From Hydrolagus affinis (taxonomy: Eukaryota), in assembly GCA_012026655.1 (NCBI GenBank), contig JAAILG010000033.1, forward strand, positions 124,001 through 188,000: a stretch of DNA of 64,000 bases. The letters are read 5' to 3'. The number at the start of each line of letters is the position of its first letter. The first letter of the stretch is position 1. The position numbers were made by a program, and so were the translations under genes. Below, one piece after another: positions 1 to 14,137 of the stretch. A model generated the notes under the pieces. That model did not search any database. It saw only the letters and a list, made by a program, of their open reading frames with translations, and was not told the origin of the DNA.

Positions 1-552
1 CCATTATCATCACGCACACACTGCAATTTCTGCTGATTTTTCAAAAAAAATTAATTCTGCTAATTATTTTGATAGACACAGATGGATCATTAGACAGTTT
101 TACTAAAGTAAGCTGCCTTATGCAAATGATGCCCTGTATTCTGTTGGACAGGGTTTAAGGGTATACTTTGAATTGTTTATAACTAAAAAGATAAGGTAGG
201 AAAAATGAAAATACTCCAGGGCAATATTAATATGTAGAAAGTGGATTAATTCAAATGAACTCATCAAATGCAATCTTTAAATATCAGCATGTGCTGATTT
301 AACTTAAGACTCAAGGGAGAGCAATTTCAACGCTGTTTGGTCAATCCAATCTAACTGTAGCAATTTGAAAATTAATTCTCCCCACAGTTTAAACTTTCAT
401 GCCTAATTCATTTTCGCTTTAAGGAACCACTAATTAAATGACCAGAAACAGTGTTTCAAGATCAGGACACTGAAAGTGCTGCTTTGTGCAATAGACAAAC
501 TGTATTTAAGTTGATTTGATTTATCTGATTGCTTCTTAGCTCAAAACAAAAT

Positions 553-790
553 AATAAACAATAATCCTTGCATTTGATATAGCATCTTATCACATCATTG
601 AGCCATTAAAGCACTTCATGGAATCTACTGTAATGTGAATTGACTGTATATTTTGTGGGAGAAGCACAGCAGCCAATTGCACAGAGCAGTGTCCCACAAA
701 CAGTCATGGATTGAGTGATAAAACTATATTTTTTGAGGGATTATTACCCACGGAAAGCAATACGTCAATCGACTAACACTGGGTTCCGAA
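553..790 (-). mobile_element. tRNA-SINE, 5'-truncated long form
   Basis: Reverse tail aataatccttgcatttgatatagc; body gcagccaattgcacagagcagtgtcccacaaacag; ends inside the long-form-specific segment also seen at 61036-61388. Confidence 0.85.
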
Positions 791-797
791 TGACTGA

Positions 798-1009
798 TAA
801 TAATAATAATAATCCTTGCATTTGATAGAATAATAATAATTTGAAATAGCTAATTTCACGTCTTCTTGACTGTATATTTGTGGGTGAAATGCCGCAGCCA
901 ATTGCTCATTATTATTAGGTGAAGTAAGGAAACCTGCCCAAGGTTTCGCCCTGCCTGGAAATTAACCCAGGTCTCTCACTTGTAAGGCAAGTGCTCTGAG
1001 CTACAGGTC
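798..1009 (-). mobile_element. tRNA-SINE, short form, internally deleted
   Basis: (AAT)n tail, gtaaggaaacctgcccaaggtttcg and tRNA-like head cccaggtctctcacttgtaaggc..gagctacagg, matching 25085-25381. Confidence 0.85.
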
Positions 1010-1024
1010 ATCAAGCAGAAACAA

Positions 1025-1125
1025 TAACACTTTCCTCTCGCCATAGATGCCTGACCTGCTGCGTGCGCCCTGTGACTTGTGATTTTAGTTCAGATTTCCT
1101 GCATTTGCAGTATTTTGCCTTTTGG
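1025..1125 (+). mobile_element. Penelope-type terminal repeat fragment
   Basis: atagatgcctgacctgctg...tcagatttcctgcatttgcagtattttg is the reverse-complement homolog of 30065-30150 and 22998-23060. Confidence 0.6.
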
Positions 1126-1174
1126 TTTCGATAACTTTAACCATGTAACTGTGTTAACCGTGTAACAGCTAACG

Positions 1175-1290
1175 TATTGGCAGTAGCCAATAACTAGGGG
1201 GAAAACCTGGCTTTATTCCTCTCCCTAGCCTAGAGGTGCTGCCATCCTTATCATTGCCTGGTTCACATCAGCTAATTAAGCACAGCCAAC
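1175..1290 (-). mobile_element. LF-SINE-like fragment
   Basis: Minus strand CTGTGCTTAATTAGCTGATGTG...CTAGGCTAGGGAGAGGAATAAAGCCAGG resembles the LF-SINE core and the copy at 46865-47140. Confidence 0.6.
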
Positions 1291-2359
1291 AAACTTGGAA
1301 AGATTATGGTCAATGTGCTTCCAAGTTTTATTTGATTTAAAATAATGAGAAATCAAAGAAAAGCTCTATGGTTCTGTGAATAGTTAAAATTATTCTCCGA
1401 AGATTTCAATGTGTCGTACGAGATGCATTTCTTTACGTACAGTATTTTTGACAAGCTTCAAACTAGGTTCAGCTGTAGAATATGAATGAGTTTTATACAA
1501 CAGTGTTTGCTATACAAAGATATTAAAGACAGCTAAATTGTCAGTTCAGACAAGACTCCTGAGGTTGAGAGCATCTATCTGATCTGATTCGCTGCATTGA
1601 TCAGTTCACAAATTTAAAATAATTTGGGGGGGTTTCATAAAGTTGGCAATAAGAGACTTATTTAAAAATGTTCCAGCATTGCATACACAACATAGCTTTA
1701 TCAGCTACTGATGTGTTGATACAGTTATTATTAGCTCATTATTATCTGAAACTTCCAATTACATCTACAAGTAGTATATATGCACCTGAAGACTGTGCAC
1801 ACAATTGCAGGGAATCTAATTCCTACAATAAATCAATTTTCCAAATAATCCTTTGTGATAAACTTGCATTAGCATATCTCTTCCAATGATAGACACCTTA
1901 TTATCCTTTTGTGGTCTGGGTAATACAGGTTGTCAAATCCTACAGTACGAATATAGCTGTCAGTGGACTACTTTATCTACCATCATAGAATCAGTCACCT
2001 GGATAGTCAATCATTTGAATGATTAGAGATTTTATGTTCCTCGGAAGCGTAAAAGAGCTAACCACTTATGAACATCAGTATCTGTTGTATCAGACACCTA
2101 TTATTTTAATGTTCTATAACGACCAGAAGAGAATAGCTAATACATTTTAGAAGCAATAGCTAATACGGAGTAGAAAATATTTCTTTCCACAGCTAATTAT
2201 CACTTGGGATCCTCCAAGTAAGTGGAAGCTTGACTGCTGGCTGATAACATTCCAGACATCCTCTCGGACAAGCAGACGGGACCTCTGTTTAATTCATCAT
2301 CATAAGGAACCAAATATGTCCTTTCTTGATAGAAGAGGAGACTAGATGTGCCTGCAACT

Positions 2360-2462
2360 GAGAGAGGATTAAGAGGAGTGGTGGCTCCTTTGGAATATAA
2401 ACACCAGACACATTAGACTGAATGGCCTGCTTCTGTGCCATACAATCTTCATAGTTCTAAGT
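2360..2462 (+). mobile_element. CR1 LINE 3' UTR remnant
   Basis: agactgaatggcctgcttctgtgccatacaatcttcatagttcta resembles the CR1 3' end ggccgaatggcct..ttctatg (compare 22921-22964). Confidence 0.6.
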
Positions 2463-3039
2463 ATTCATTTTCAATGCTTCACACTTTCATATTGTTTTTG
2501 TATCTGCCCCAGTCATCCCTTGCCATTTGTACTCCCCATACAAAGAGCCTTTAGTTTGGTGTTTGGGTCTGTAAATTAAATAAGTTGTACCTTATCTTGA
2601 CTAAATATCTCTGGTTTATTTACAATCATCACAAATTTCATCTGACATTCAATTAAGATCAGCCTTAAAAACTTTATTTTTCCACATTTGAATGATATTA
2701 GTAGGTTACTCTACTCTGCCCTGCTTATCAAAAAATGTGATAATTGCAGCAGGATTTGTAAATATGGGTCCTACAGATAACCAGTTGTTTATTATTCCAA
2801 CTAACACAATCTCCATTCAGGAATGTCAACGCAGAGTGTCCAAGATTAGATATGATGTACACCCAAATTATCTGCTTAATTCAATATTTATAATTCCTTT
2901 TTGGCTCCTGCATTATGAGCCCTCATTCTTCCCCCCATCCCTACTTCCACCCAATATATCCCTTCCACCAGTGGTGTGAGCTGCACGCTCCCCACAATAA
3001 AATAAAAGGGAATGTGATGTGTTCACGCATTCCTGATAA

Positions 3040-3243
3040 TAATCTCTCAAGAAAATATTCATTAATTAATTGGTCACTTGATCAATTTACAACTGTTTTG
3101 TGGGACACTGCGGTATGTAATTGACTGCCGTGTTTGACCCCCAATTATACAGTCATTCACTTTACAGTTCATCCTGTGAAGCGCTTTGAGGTGTTTAGAA
3201 GAACATGAAAAGCACTATATCAAATGCAAGGATTATAATTATT
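3040..3243 (+). mobile_element. SINE 3' half
   Basis: tgtgggacactgcgg...gtgaagcgctttgag...atcaaatgcaaggattataatt. Confidence 0.85.
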
Positions 3244-3385
3244 CCGAGATGAGGTCCAGAATGAAGAGCCTCATATAAATTCAAGCTATTGTTGTATTTA
3301 AATGCCAGTGTGGATGTAAAACCACATTTCTACTTTTCCTCTACACAAATAAGAAAGACAGCTTTTCTGTTTTTATATTTGGTTT

Positions 3386-3440
3386 GGGGGTAGGGGGGGA
3401 GGAGGGGGGTGGGGGTTGGGGGGAGGTAGTGGGGGAAGGG
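3386..3440. repeat. G-rich low-complexity tract
   Basis: Multiple runs of 4-7 G; G-quadruplex-capable. Confidence 0.8.
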
Positions 3441-4074
3441 AAGATGAGATGAAGGGAAGAAATTAAGCGAATGGTGTCTATTCCTGTGTTCAGCTCTGTG
3501 TGGGTAGAGCATGAGAACTGGTGATCTTTTTTTTTTGCAGGCCAGACACCCCTGCGTTTTAAAAGGTAAACATTTGGTCAGATGCTCTGCAGATTGGCAG
3601 GAATCTGAAGCACACAATATGTTGCGTGCTTCTAGTGACGATTTTGCCAACTGCGAGCCTGAGCCACAGGATGACATCTTTAGTAGTCGAATAGTCAATG
3701 AAGGGGCGCACGAGATTCCTAATGAGATAAAAATGCATCTAAAGTCGAACGGAGGAAAATATACAGTACAGCTGGAAGTAATGTTTTGAATTTAAATACA
3801 GGCAGAGTCCTGAATAAGAGATATTCATCCTTAATAAAATATACAGGCCTGATCAAAAGAATAATAAATAGGTATCCTTAATCATAAGAATAATTAATAG
3901 GCATTCACAATCACAGGCTTTGATCAACTATACATGGGTTTGTAAATGTTGTTGCACTATTATGAAACACACTGGATATTTTGAGGAGCATTGGCTAAAT
4001 ATGATGAAGATAGACGTGTGATTATTCTCTGTTGCAATACGTCGAATGTTTCTCAAAAGTCCTGCCAAAAACTA

Positions 4075-4112
4075 CACACACACACACACACACATACATA
4101 CATACATACACA
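4075..4112. repeat. (CA)n/(CATA)n microsatellite
   Basis: Directly visible. Confidence 0.9.
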
Positions 4113-4599
4113 CGCATAAAAGCAGCAACAGAGGGAAGGAATTATTTGAAAAACATTGAAATGAGTTGTTGCTGCTCTGCTGGAAGCAATGGAAAATGAG
4201 CTAATATACCATAGCGGTTCCTTGTGAGAATCCCAGCACATAACGATTACTTCCAGGTGCAAGAACTTAATTCAACAAATTCTCGGTGGATCGCACCAGT
4301 TTGCTCTGTAGGCCTCAACCTCAGCTGTGAATGAATGTAGGCAGCCTTGAAAAGGATGAAAAAAAATATGCTCTGACCCAGCCAGTCCTTGAGAGTTGTC
4401 TGAAGGGCTCATCGGCTCCTTTGTTGGAATGCTTATGAGCCAGAATTTTGATATTTCAGAACACAAGTCTCCCATTTCAACTTCGCACTGAAATCTCATT
4501 CACAAAAATATCCACTGGACTGTTGCACAAAGATGTCCGAAGCCTGTTTTGTTGAGAGTCTGGGATTCACCAGCAATGATGGGCGCAATGGGAATGAGA

Positions 4600-4912
4600 A
4601 CAGACTGATGTCTGATAAGCAGGTTATAAAAATGTAGTAGAAACATTCCAATGACTCTAAGGCTACTTCTACTGGTCGTGATTGTAATCGGTGACTCGAG
4701 GATATGGACATGAAAGTCACAAGAAGATGGAAAGGATAGCTGAGGAGTAATGAGGGTTGTGCCAATCAGGTGATAGAGGCAGAGGTGACTGTATGTTTCA
4801 AGAGGGAAGCAGACAGACAAGACAATGGGTCTGAATGGACAGCTTGTTCTGAAAGTCAGTGTAGACTTGATGGGTCGAAAAGTCTCAATCTGTACTGTAA
4901 ATTTATATGATT
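4600..4912 (+). mobile_element. Degraded CR1 LINE 3' end
   Basis: actcgaggata (TRG-like), gatagaggcagag..ttcaagagggaag, terminal gacttgatgggtcgaa..tgtaaatttatatgatt. Confidence 0.6.
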
Positions 4913-6994
4913 TTTTAAACACCAAGGGGCATTCCAGTTCGCTCTAGCAGAATACCACATCTACGATCTGACCATTAAATTTTTTAAATTAATCCTTAAT
5001 GCTGACCTCAACAACCCTTTATGGCAATTTAGTAACCCATTCCAATATGTCTAATTCCACACTATGTTCAAGTACAATTAGTGGATCTCATTACAGTGAA
5101 GTTGAATAGAATGGACAGAGATAGCCAGTGATGGGAAAAATCAAATGGGTGTACTCATGCCAGACATCTCTAGCACTTTGCATGGATTTCCGCTGACTAC
5201 CAAGAATATAGTCATCAAAAGTATAACTAAGTTTCAAAAAGAAAGTATCTCACATTATTACATTTGCAGCGCAATCAGGTACATAATATGTGCGTGTAGT
5301 GGCTGGGGTCCAAAGCAATGATTCACAAGAGTACCTTAAACCAATCATTACCACATGGATTAAAATAATCAGCACAGGGGAGTTCAAACATTGTTCGTCA
5401 TTGTTCAAGGCAGAATTTTGCAATATTCGTGATGTTCCAATTTGAAATAAAAGATATGATCAGACTCAGCATTAGAGAGAGAAAAGGAAGTGTTGACTGT
5501 TTACAACTTGTATTGATGAGTTAAGCCTGATGCCTACATTTGCTCAAGTGGAGACAGCCAATATTTCATTCTTCCTTAATAATGGATGTTGTCTTATCAT
5601 TGTCATAACGCCACACCACAAAACCACTTTAGACATGCATAGTAATTTGTGCTATCACAATACCTAATTTCCCCCCCCCTTTTTTTAAAAAAAACCTAAA
5701 AAGGGATCATTCACTTAATGGCCGTTGGTTTGCAATTTGCTGCTGCCTTCACCTACAAATACACAACAACTACACTTTACAGCAAAACTCCTTGAGGAGT
5801 TTCCCCCTAGTGATTCAGTGCCACATTGAATGCCACTTATATTAGGATCAACCAGATATTAAATTTGCTGTATTATAAATTGTTACATGCAGTACATTTG
5901 GGACATGCCTATACTATAAGCCAGTGGACATCAAGAAGTGGCCTGCCAAACGTTCGCACTTGGTGAGACTGTTTCAAATAAATTCTTGACTGAATATTTC
6001 TGCATTTTTGGCATAATTCAAGAAATATTCAATCAAGAAACATTTATTTTGTCCGACGACCAATGTGTGTGTGCCTGGAAAAACAGTTACTACAGTTGAC
6101 AATAATAACTCGTGAAATGTTTTGTGACATATTGATGATTCAAGGCACATGTCAATTGCAAGTTCTTTCTTACGAATTGTTAAACCAAACAACAAAAAGA
6201 CATAGTGGCACACCAACCCTTCTTTGGAAAATGCAATGCAAAATATTGGCATTAAAATGTAATTTCAAGCTGTATTTACAAAGATTTTTTGGCATATTAC
6301 AATCTAGAAAATGTGCTGAGCTTGCTGCCAAGTTCATGTTTCTGTTCTTCACAATAAGACAAACTCCAGCTGCTTTCATAGCAGGAAAACTAGGTACCAA
6401 ACAGACAAGTTTGAGATCGGATTATTAAGCATTTCAACAGTAAAGAGTTTTAATTGCAGAACATTCTAAAGCAACCAAATGTTCTGACCTTAACCAAACG
6501 AACCATGAGGAAACATGGTGCACGTTGTTCTCTGATCTACTTTTCTGTCATTTTTGTACGTTTAACAAAATGTTTAATTACCGATGAACTTAATTTATTC
6601 CATTCTCCTCTCCGCGTTTGAGTTTCTTCATTCCATGCAGCGAAGAGGCCAGACAGGTGACCCGTGTTCAGGTCTCTGCCAATGTTCCCACTGAGTCGGG
6701 GGCCCAAAACTGGGGCTATTTTCACCTCTGATTTTTCCTCCCTTCCCTTGACTCCTCACAGGACATGGCAAGCTGCAACATGGTGCCTCTTGCTTACAGG
6801 ACAATGGAGATAGCAATCCACCACTTGTGAGGAAACACTGCAGGGTCTCCCCAGCACTGCACTGGCATAATCCAAGACAGACAGACTTGGAAGTGTAGAT
6901 GTTTTCTCCAGCTTGCAAGCCAAATCTTAAATGGTTAGGTAGACAAGTTGTTGGTAGCATGTACACCATGCCGTTTGATTGTACAGATTTGCAT

Positions 6995-7225
6995 TGCCGA
7001 TTGTGTAACTGAGCCATGAAGACCTGAATGATCCCAGGTCTTGTACTGAAATAATGACTAGAATGATAGCTGGATCCTATAAAGTCCCTTGTGAGGTATG
7101 GATATCAAGTAAGGGCACAATTGGTGTTAGTTATAATGTCCTTTATTTTACTATAGCACTGTTAGTGCTGCCTGTCCATGTTCTCATACAAAGAACAGAA
7201 CTTTGGACAAAGTATCAAAGGGGTT
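6995..7225 (+). mobile_element. LF-SINE-like copy, internally deleted
   Basis: ctgagccatgaagacctgaatgatcccaggt head, then gtatggatatcaagtaagggcacaattgg and tcatacaaagaacagaactttggacaaagtatc 3' blocks colinear with the remembered LF-SINE consensus. Confidence 0.5.
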
Positions 7226-7379
7226 CTTTAATGAAAGAAAACATTGGAGTGTGGGGGGGGCTAATGCAAAAAATAATTGAAAATAAATCACCCGCAGAAC
7301 AAATACGATTTCTAACACTTTGCAATACATCCAAACCAGCACAAAGCACAGCTGCTGCACTGGAACAGAAAAATATTTG

Positions 7380-8000
7380 ACTCCATCAGCTTCACTGCAG
7401 CAAGCTCCTTGATCGCATTTTAAGCCGTCAGAGAATAATAGCGAATTTACACATGATGTACAAAATGAGAACAATTCATGTTAATCTACAAAGAAATCTA
7501 AGAGGAAAATTGAGTTATGCAGATATGATCGCACTAATTCCAAAAAGACTGCAGGGTGCGGTTTCCATATTTGGACTTTGTTTATACTTTTTTTCCTCTG
7601 AACTACCCAATTAAGGTCATCCCTCACCGCATGGTAACCCTAGTCCCAAGAATGTGAAAATCCCACCAATTCAATTTACGGCATTCCTGACAAAGATTAA
7701 TGATTCCAACAACTGACAAGATCATCTGTCACCAAACAAAAGTGAACCTTTGTCAAATTTCCCTTTATTAATTTGAAGGGGGCCTGTGGAGAGACACATC
7801 ATAGCTTGTCAGGGCAGACTGGATGGTGCAAACAGGGGGAATCTGATAAACTCCTTTTGTGGCAGAAACCTGGATAATGCTCTCATCTGGTGCGTGTGAA
7901 GGTTAATTAATGTCTGTTCAATTTACAGCATTACCATAAACTCAAACACACATGCATACGGAAAATCACTAATAAGATCACAAGTGCAAACTTCCCCATA
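7380..8000. promoter_or_regulatory. Candidate conserved non-coding element/enhancer
   Basis: Repeat-free complex sequence with a perfect CArG box CCATATTTGG (7565-7574), TAAT homeobox cores, TGACA and Sox-like CCTTTGT/ACAAAG motifs; conservation not testable here. Confidence 0.3.
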
Positions 8001-8919
8001 TCACTGAAGCTTTTTGAATATCTGTGAGCTTTCCAAGAGCAAGGAATCTGGCAATCGTTTGAAAATGCTTTTCGAGTGAGAATTAGAAATGAAGATGAAA
8101 ATTTTCCCTTTCTCTGCTAAAAGTTGATACTTTTCACAACTTGCTTTTGGCCCATGCACACCATCCATATAGCTGAGCTTTCAAATAGATCCTATGGCAA
8201 ACTCTTTTTGACCAGCTTTCTACGTGACTCAAAGGAGAGCAAGACTGAAGATGGCAGAGGGCATGATAAATCTCTGCCATTCCATTTTCAGGTAGTCATT
8301 GAAATCCTGTGAAGGCTATGGCATGTTCTCCAGATGTGAAATGCACTATACCACACATAAAGATTATTATCAGTACTGTATTATTATTAGTTACACTTCA
8401 GCCCAGTTACCAAAACCATCAGGAAAATTATTTGAACCACTGCAGCATAATTCACATAGAGCGTATAGTCAATACAAAGCTTTAAAACTGTGCTTCAAAA
8501 AGGTTTCAAGGAACTATATTCCATTATAATCGAAGAGCCAGGAGTTTAACTGATTAAACAAAACTAATGAGTGTCCAACAGTGGTATAATCAGAGCACCA
8601 AACTCTACTTGATTCCTCCTCTGTGAAGGGCTGTCCCCATCATGCCTGGGGAGAATGATTCACAGCACAATGTCTTCCCTCGGAATCGTTCCAATCTGGA
8701 AGGAGTAACAAATTACTTCCAGCAGTATAACCTAGGCACTGGTTTACAAACTAAGTTTTCAGTTTGTTGTTACCAAAAATAAGCACTTAATATTTATAAT
8801 GCGTTTGGGATTATATTTGGACTGAAACAAAATCATAAAAATACTTTCACAGGGAACTTTTACTCTTACCCTGGAAACTATGGAAATCACAGCGCACCGA
8901 AAGGGAAAAGCAACAGAGC

Positions 8920-9435
8920 AACGAAAACAATAAAATTACATTTGTACAGTGCCTTTCATGTCGGGAGGACGTCCCAAGGCACTGGACAGAGTTCTGGATG
9001 ATTTGCAGCCTTTGGAGGGAGGAATTGGGAAGGCCAACAAGCAGGACATTGGCATAGTTGAGACTGGATGGATGAAGGCATGAATGAAGGTTTCAGAGGC
9101 CTGAGGGGAGAGGTAGTGGCGGAGTCAGGCAGTTTGTCAGGCAATGTTGCAGAGATGAGGGAAGGCAGAATGGGTCATAGCTTGGATGGGGGGTGGGAAG
9201 GACAGTTGAGTACTGAACAAGACACCTAGGTTCCTGAATGGCTTGGTGAGGTGGAGTGTGCAACCTTGGAGGTTGATGCTGCCAGTGCCTGATTGTGAAG
9301 GCACCGGCGTGAGCCAATCAGGAGGGCCTCGGTCTTGTTGATGTTCAACTGAAGAAAGTTAGCCCTCATTCAGGACTCGATGTCTGACAGGCAGTCTGTC
9401 AGGATAGCAGCGGTCCTGGAATCAAGGGTAGAAGC
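8920..9435 (-). mobile_element. L2 LINE 3' fragment with internal deletions
   Basis: Reverse tail aattacatttgtacagtgcctttcatgtcgggaggacgtcccaagg; minus strand encodes RT pieces TAAILTDCLSDIES..NFLQLNINKTEALLIG. Confidence 0.85.
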
Positions 9436-10594
9436 AGAAACCCTGACTAAATCACTCATCACTGAAAACCACTTCGAAGTTACCTTTACAATTTGATTTA
9501 ATCTGTAAAAAACATAATAATACTCCTTCATTTTGAAGCAAGGTGATGGCATATATCAAACACCCAACTGACCATAATATAAACATACAGTATAAGAAAA
9601 GCTTCTACAGAAATGTGAAACTTCCCTCTGATTTAGTCAGGGCTTCCAAATATTTGAAATTTAGTATTATTCAGGGAGTTTGGGGGATTTTGTTTTGAGT
9701 TGACAGTGCAATCTGAGCTACAGTCTTTTGGATGGCATTACACACTCAGGCAGGTGAGGGTTTGGGAGGGATATAGAGAGCTTCTCTTGGTGAACAATGG
9801 TCATTTGCTTGGCAAACCCCACTGTTAAGTTAAATCTGAATTGAAGTTACTTTTCTTGCTTTGTTTGAACTGCCTAAAATCAGCTACTATTTTGCAGGAG
9901 GTTGATATTTTGTTCAGCATGTACTGATTGGAGGAACTTTGTTTCATATTGTCACACATGCATTACATTTCTAGATCAATATATTTCCTGATCTTCTCTG
10001 GTTCCGTATTTCTTATGTTGTAATTACTTCTGATAACCACATCAATAATGCTGCATGTACAATCTATTTGGTGCTCTAAGATAGTATATCTGGTCTGTAT
10101 GTACTTGTGAGTGCCTGATCATTGGGATGTTATTTTTCGATGACACTCTTGTTGGTTGTTATTATTATCCAAATCAGACTGAGAGATCCATCTACAATTG
10201 GCTACCTACACATGGAAATGCAAGGATTATTAAATTTCCCTGTGGCTGGAATGGAATGTGGACACACTCTGTTACAACGTCCCAACCCATTAGGGTTTGG
10301 AAGGGTTTACAGGACCTGAGTGGGAAGAATTCCTGGCACGCGATGACTGGTCTGCCACTCCAAGTACTGCCAACAAACTACACTTTTCTAATGTGTCTCT
10401 GAATCAGGATATGTGTCATCTGCCGTTTTACGTCATGAGTCTGTACTCTCGACAGAAAGTGTTCAAATAATTTCACCTTGCAAGCATTCAACTGAGCTCC
10501 ACTTGAAAGCATAATAATAAGAAGAAGAATCCTTGAATTTGATATATCTCTGTATTAGCATGTCTCTGAAATATTATTTCTTGTATTTTACACA

Positions 10595-10915
10595 ACGGGC
10601 TCCATCCTGCTCCAGGTCCCCTGCTAAGCCTGCCCCACCCCACCATCAGTGGTTGGGCCTTCAGCCTCTCTATGGAACTCCATCCTACAGTCTTTGCACC
10701 CTCACTTGCCTCCTTCAAGGCACATCTCAAGACCCTCTTCTTTGACTGCAACTCCACATGCAATTACTGTGAAGTGATTCACACTTCCCTCTGCCCTCCA
10801 CCCTTCCTGATCCCAACCACACTGCTCGGGTACACATCCCTAATTGCCCAGCTCCTTGGGGCATCGTCCCGACTTGGAAGGCACTATACAAATATAATTT
10901 ATTGTTGTTATTATT
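10595..10915 (+). mobile_element. L2 LINE 3' end
   Basis: Encodes PTISGWAFS and SLASFKAHLKTLFF; tail cccgacttggaaggcactatacaaatataatttattgttg. Confidence 0.85.
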
Positions 10916-13563
10916 GCCCTCCAGCTATCCTCGCGATTAATTGGTCATTCACCTTATGGCTGTTTGTGGGATGTTGCTGATGCAAATGACAACCGTGCTC
11001 ACCACCACAACATGATCAATAAATATACATCATAGTAGTTCATGTGATGCAACTTTCAAAGTGATAAAGGTCCACAAAATTGCACATTCCTTGTTTCTTT
11101 TGAATTGATGTTAATATAAAGTAGTATAGTTACTGCAGCCAAGCATTTACACTCAGTACGGACATCATTAAGCGGGTTTCAAACAGGAAACTGTAACCAA
11201 AGTTAAGAAAAATCCAATGTAATCATTATAATATTAATCCTTGCGTATGATGTAGCTCCTTAGATTGTAGTTGAGATGTCTGAAAGCGCTTCACAGTATA
11301 TATGTACTTCCTTGTTCAAAATTCTTACAACCTTCACGAATAAGGTAATTTCACGCCACAGGTAGTATTCATTCTTCAAAGAAAGTCGCTCAATTAAATT
11401 GGACATAATTTGTGTCTGCGCTTGATCAACGTGCAAGAATTGACCAGATGATGGACATGAGTGAGGAAATTAACCACAAACTTTGTTGGCCAAGGCAGAT
11501 AATCAACTGCTCTTTCATCGCCTGCCAATATACCCCAATGGTATCTTACCACATTTCACATTCAAAAATTTCAGCATGTTCCCAAATGAGCCACAAGGGA
11601 TTAACCTTCCAAATTCAAGCCTTCTTCAATACCAAGGCAATTTTCTGTTCATATTATGAATAATAACAATAATGTTCAAAAGAAGTATTATAACCAAGTA
11701 AGCGGGCCAAATCCCCCATCCTCCTCCCTCCTAAGCGAATAAACCTTTTTACTCTTGGTAACCGGACTTGTCTTTTTCTGCTTTAGGTATACAGTGGTAG
11801 AGCTGTGATGCGTTCGTAGACAGATAGCGAGCCAACAAGCAGCTTTGAAGACCACCAGCAGGCTTCAAAAACATAACTTGAATGTTTTTAGCAATTCCTG
11901 AGCACACACATTTCAACCCCAGAGTAATATACCAGCCATCAGCAGATGTTTGTCAATAGCCACAGCAAACACTAATCTCAATCATATGATTGGAATTAAA
12001 ATTGGAACGATAGCCAATTTTTTTTTTTTTTTTTACAGACTATCCAATCCTTGATCCATTTTTAGACCACCATCAGGAAGCTTGTACTATATGTGTAGAG
12101 CAGCTAGCATCTCCATCTCTATATAGTTGGGTGGAAGGTTTGGAATAGAGAGAATACCCTCCCAAAACACTGTGGTTACTAAGTATACCAATATCAATAT
12201 ATATCTCCTTAGTTATTGCCCTCTCTCCATTGCAAGGAGAAATATTTCACCAAAAAACCTTACCTCCATCCTTGGCCACACGTTTTGCTTTATGGTGGTT
12301 TACCAGAGCACAGAGTTCTCCCAGTGTCATGGTCAGCACTCAGTTCAACTTCAATGTTATTGTAAAAATCAGATTTATTAGGTATTCACCTAAGCAACAA
12401 TAAATTAGGAAGATATATCAGAATGTAAAAATTCTGGGAAATTGACCAGAAGAAAAAAGGAATTTACCGGAAAACAAAATAATGCTTCAATATTGTTATG
12501 AAAGGATTTTGGCAGCTAAGGCTAGGTTTAGGTTCAGGCCTCAAAGTGTACAGGGACATGCTTTCACTCAACAAGAAACAGAAGAATAGGAAGAACTAGA
12601 TTTACAAAAACAGGGATATGAAGCTGCAAAAAAGTGACATGAAGGCATTCACAGCAGCGTCACACCACACTGGAATAGTTGCGTCCGGAAGACTTTGACT
12701 GAGCATCACTTACTGTGCTGGATATAATACTGATACCTAATCCTGTACAGAATGAAGACCTCAAACAAACTCTCAACTCCAGTTACAGTAATGAAAGGAT
12801 GTGCTGCCCATACAAGTACAGAATGCATATGTCCACATGCATGCAAATCTGAGAGTAGTATGCACAGAGAAACTCATACAGTGAAGTATAGTATGTTGCA
12901 TGGTAACTCAGTTGTGAGGTTTTGGTGACTGCGGGACACGAACATACTTGAGAAGCTTGTCTCTGACATTGAACTACTTTGCAGTCCATAGCTCACTCTG
13001 GCACACAATGCAATGTGGAGCAGTCAGTAGTGTCTCTAATTAACCAGAGTTACAGTACTGTCACGTAAAGCCTGCAGTGACTTGGGGAGTCCAGTGTCAC
13101 TCAATGTATCGGTTACACATCACTTGTATATCATGTTATGTGGTAGAAAGAAGCAATCATATAATGATATTTCTGCCACTACGTCACTGCAAAACGAAAG
13201 CAACTAATTATGCGTTCTTAAAAGACTGCCAATATGGACAGAAGTATTAGCAAGCCACAGTTTTGTTCCAGATGCATTACACACTAATTCCAGTTAGACA
13301 GAAGTTGGATTATAAGAAACATTATTGTCTTTCCTAGCCTATTACATGGAACTGGAATCCAATGTAGTTTTGAGCCAAAGAGTAAATCTGATTGGCTCCA
13401 AAGTGGCTGCAAAGATAATTTTAGAACAAGCATTAACTTGGCACTAGCCACAGGCTGTGGTGCCTACCACAGCTGTACAATCACACTGCTTACATCTGCC
13501 GTACACTGAATGGAAGCAACTACACGTGCCCTCAACCAGGAACTTTCCGCAACAACCCCATAT

Positions 13564-13742
13564 GGAGCTCTATGGTGTATTGGTTAGAGCACTCACCTTG
13601 CAAGTGATAGGACCTGGGTTCAATTCCCGGGAAGGCAAAATCTTAGACAAATATCCTTACTCCACTCGCCTCTGTTTACTTAGCAGTAAGTAGGAATCCA
13701 GTTGTTAGTCGATTGATGGATCATTTTCTGAGGGTAATGGTA
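13564..13742 (+). mobile_element. tRNA-SINE head plus CORE-like segment (long form, 3'-truncated)
   Basis: Box B ggttcaattcc followed by ccttactccactcgcctctgtttacttagcagtaagtagg. Confidence 0.85.
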
Positions 13743-14137
13743 TCTGAAGCATCTGAAACATTTGAAACAGTTGCTGTACGTAAGCACCGGCCTGCCTATT
13801 ATCCTCAGACGTACTGTGATACTGAGTTTTTATGGACTTGATGTAATCAAAGGCCCTGTGGGTGGTACTGAAGAAACTAATAAATTCATTGTGCACATGG
13901 ATATTTATCTGCTCTGGTCACCATTGTTCTCTACATAGAAAGCCATCCCAATACATTAACTTATGAAGAATTCAAGGGTGTATCATTGGTGACATGGGAT
14001 ACTTCTCACATCATGGGATATCTCTAATAGCCTGTGATCTATTCCACAGTTGGAAGCAGAATTGAGGTAAACGGGTCAGCAGAGTTTTTATTGAGTTTAT
14101 TTGTTGCTTGCATCATATGATGCAAGCAACAAATAAA

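Noticed and set aside
3541-3777. Open 237-nt segment after a strong acceptor (ttttttgcag), within ORF 3511-3789
   Set aside because: The peptide resembles nothing I recognise, the donor is weak and there are no partner exons; more likely non-coding.
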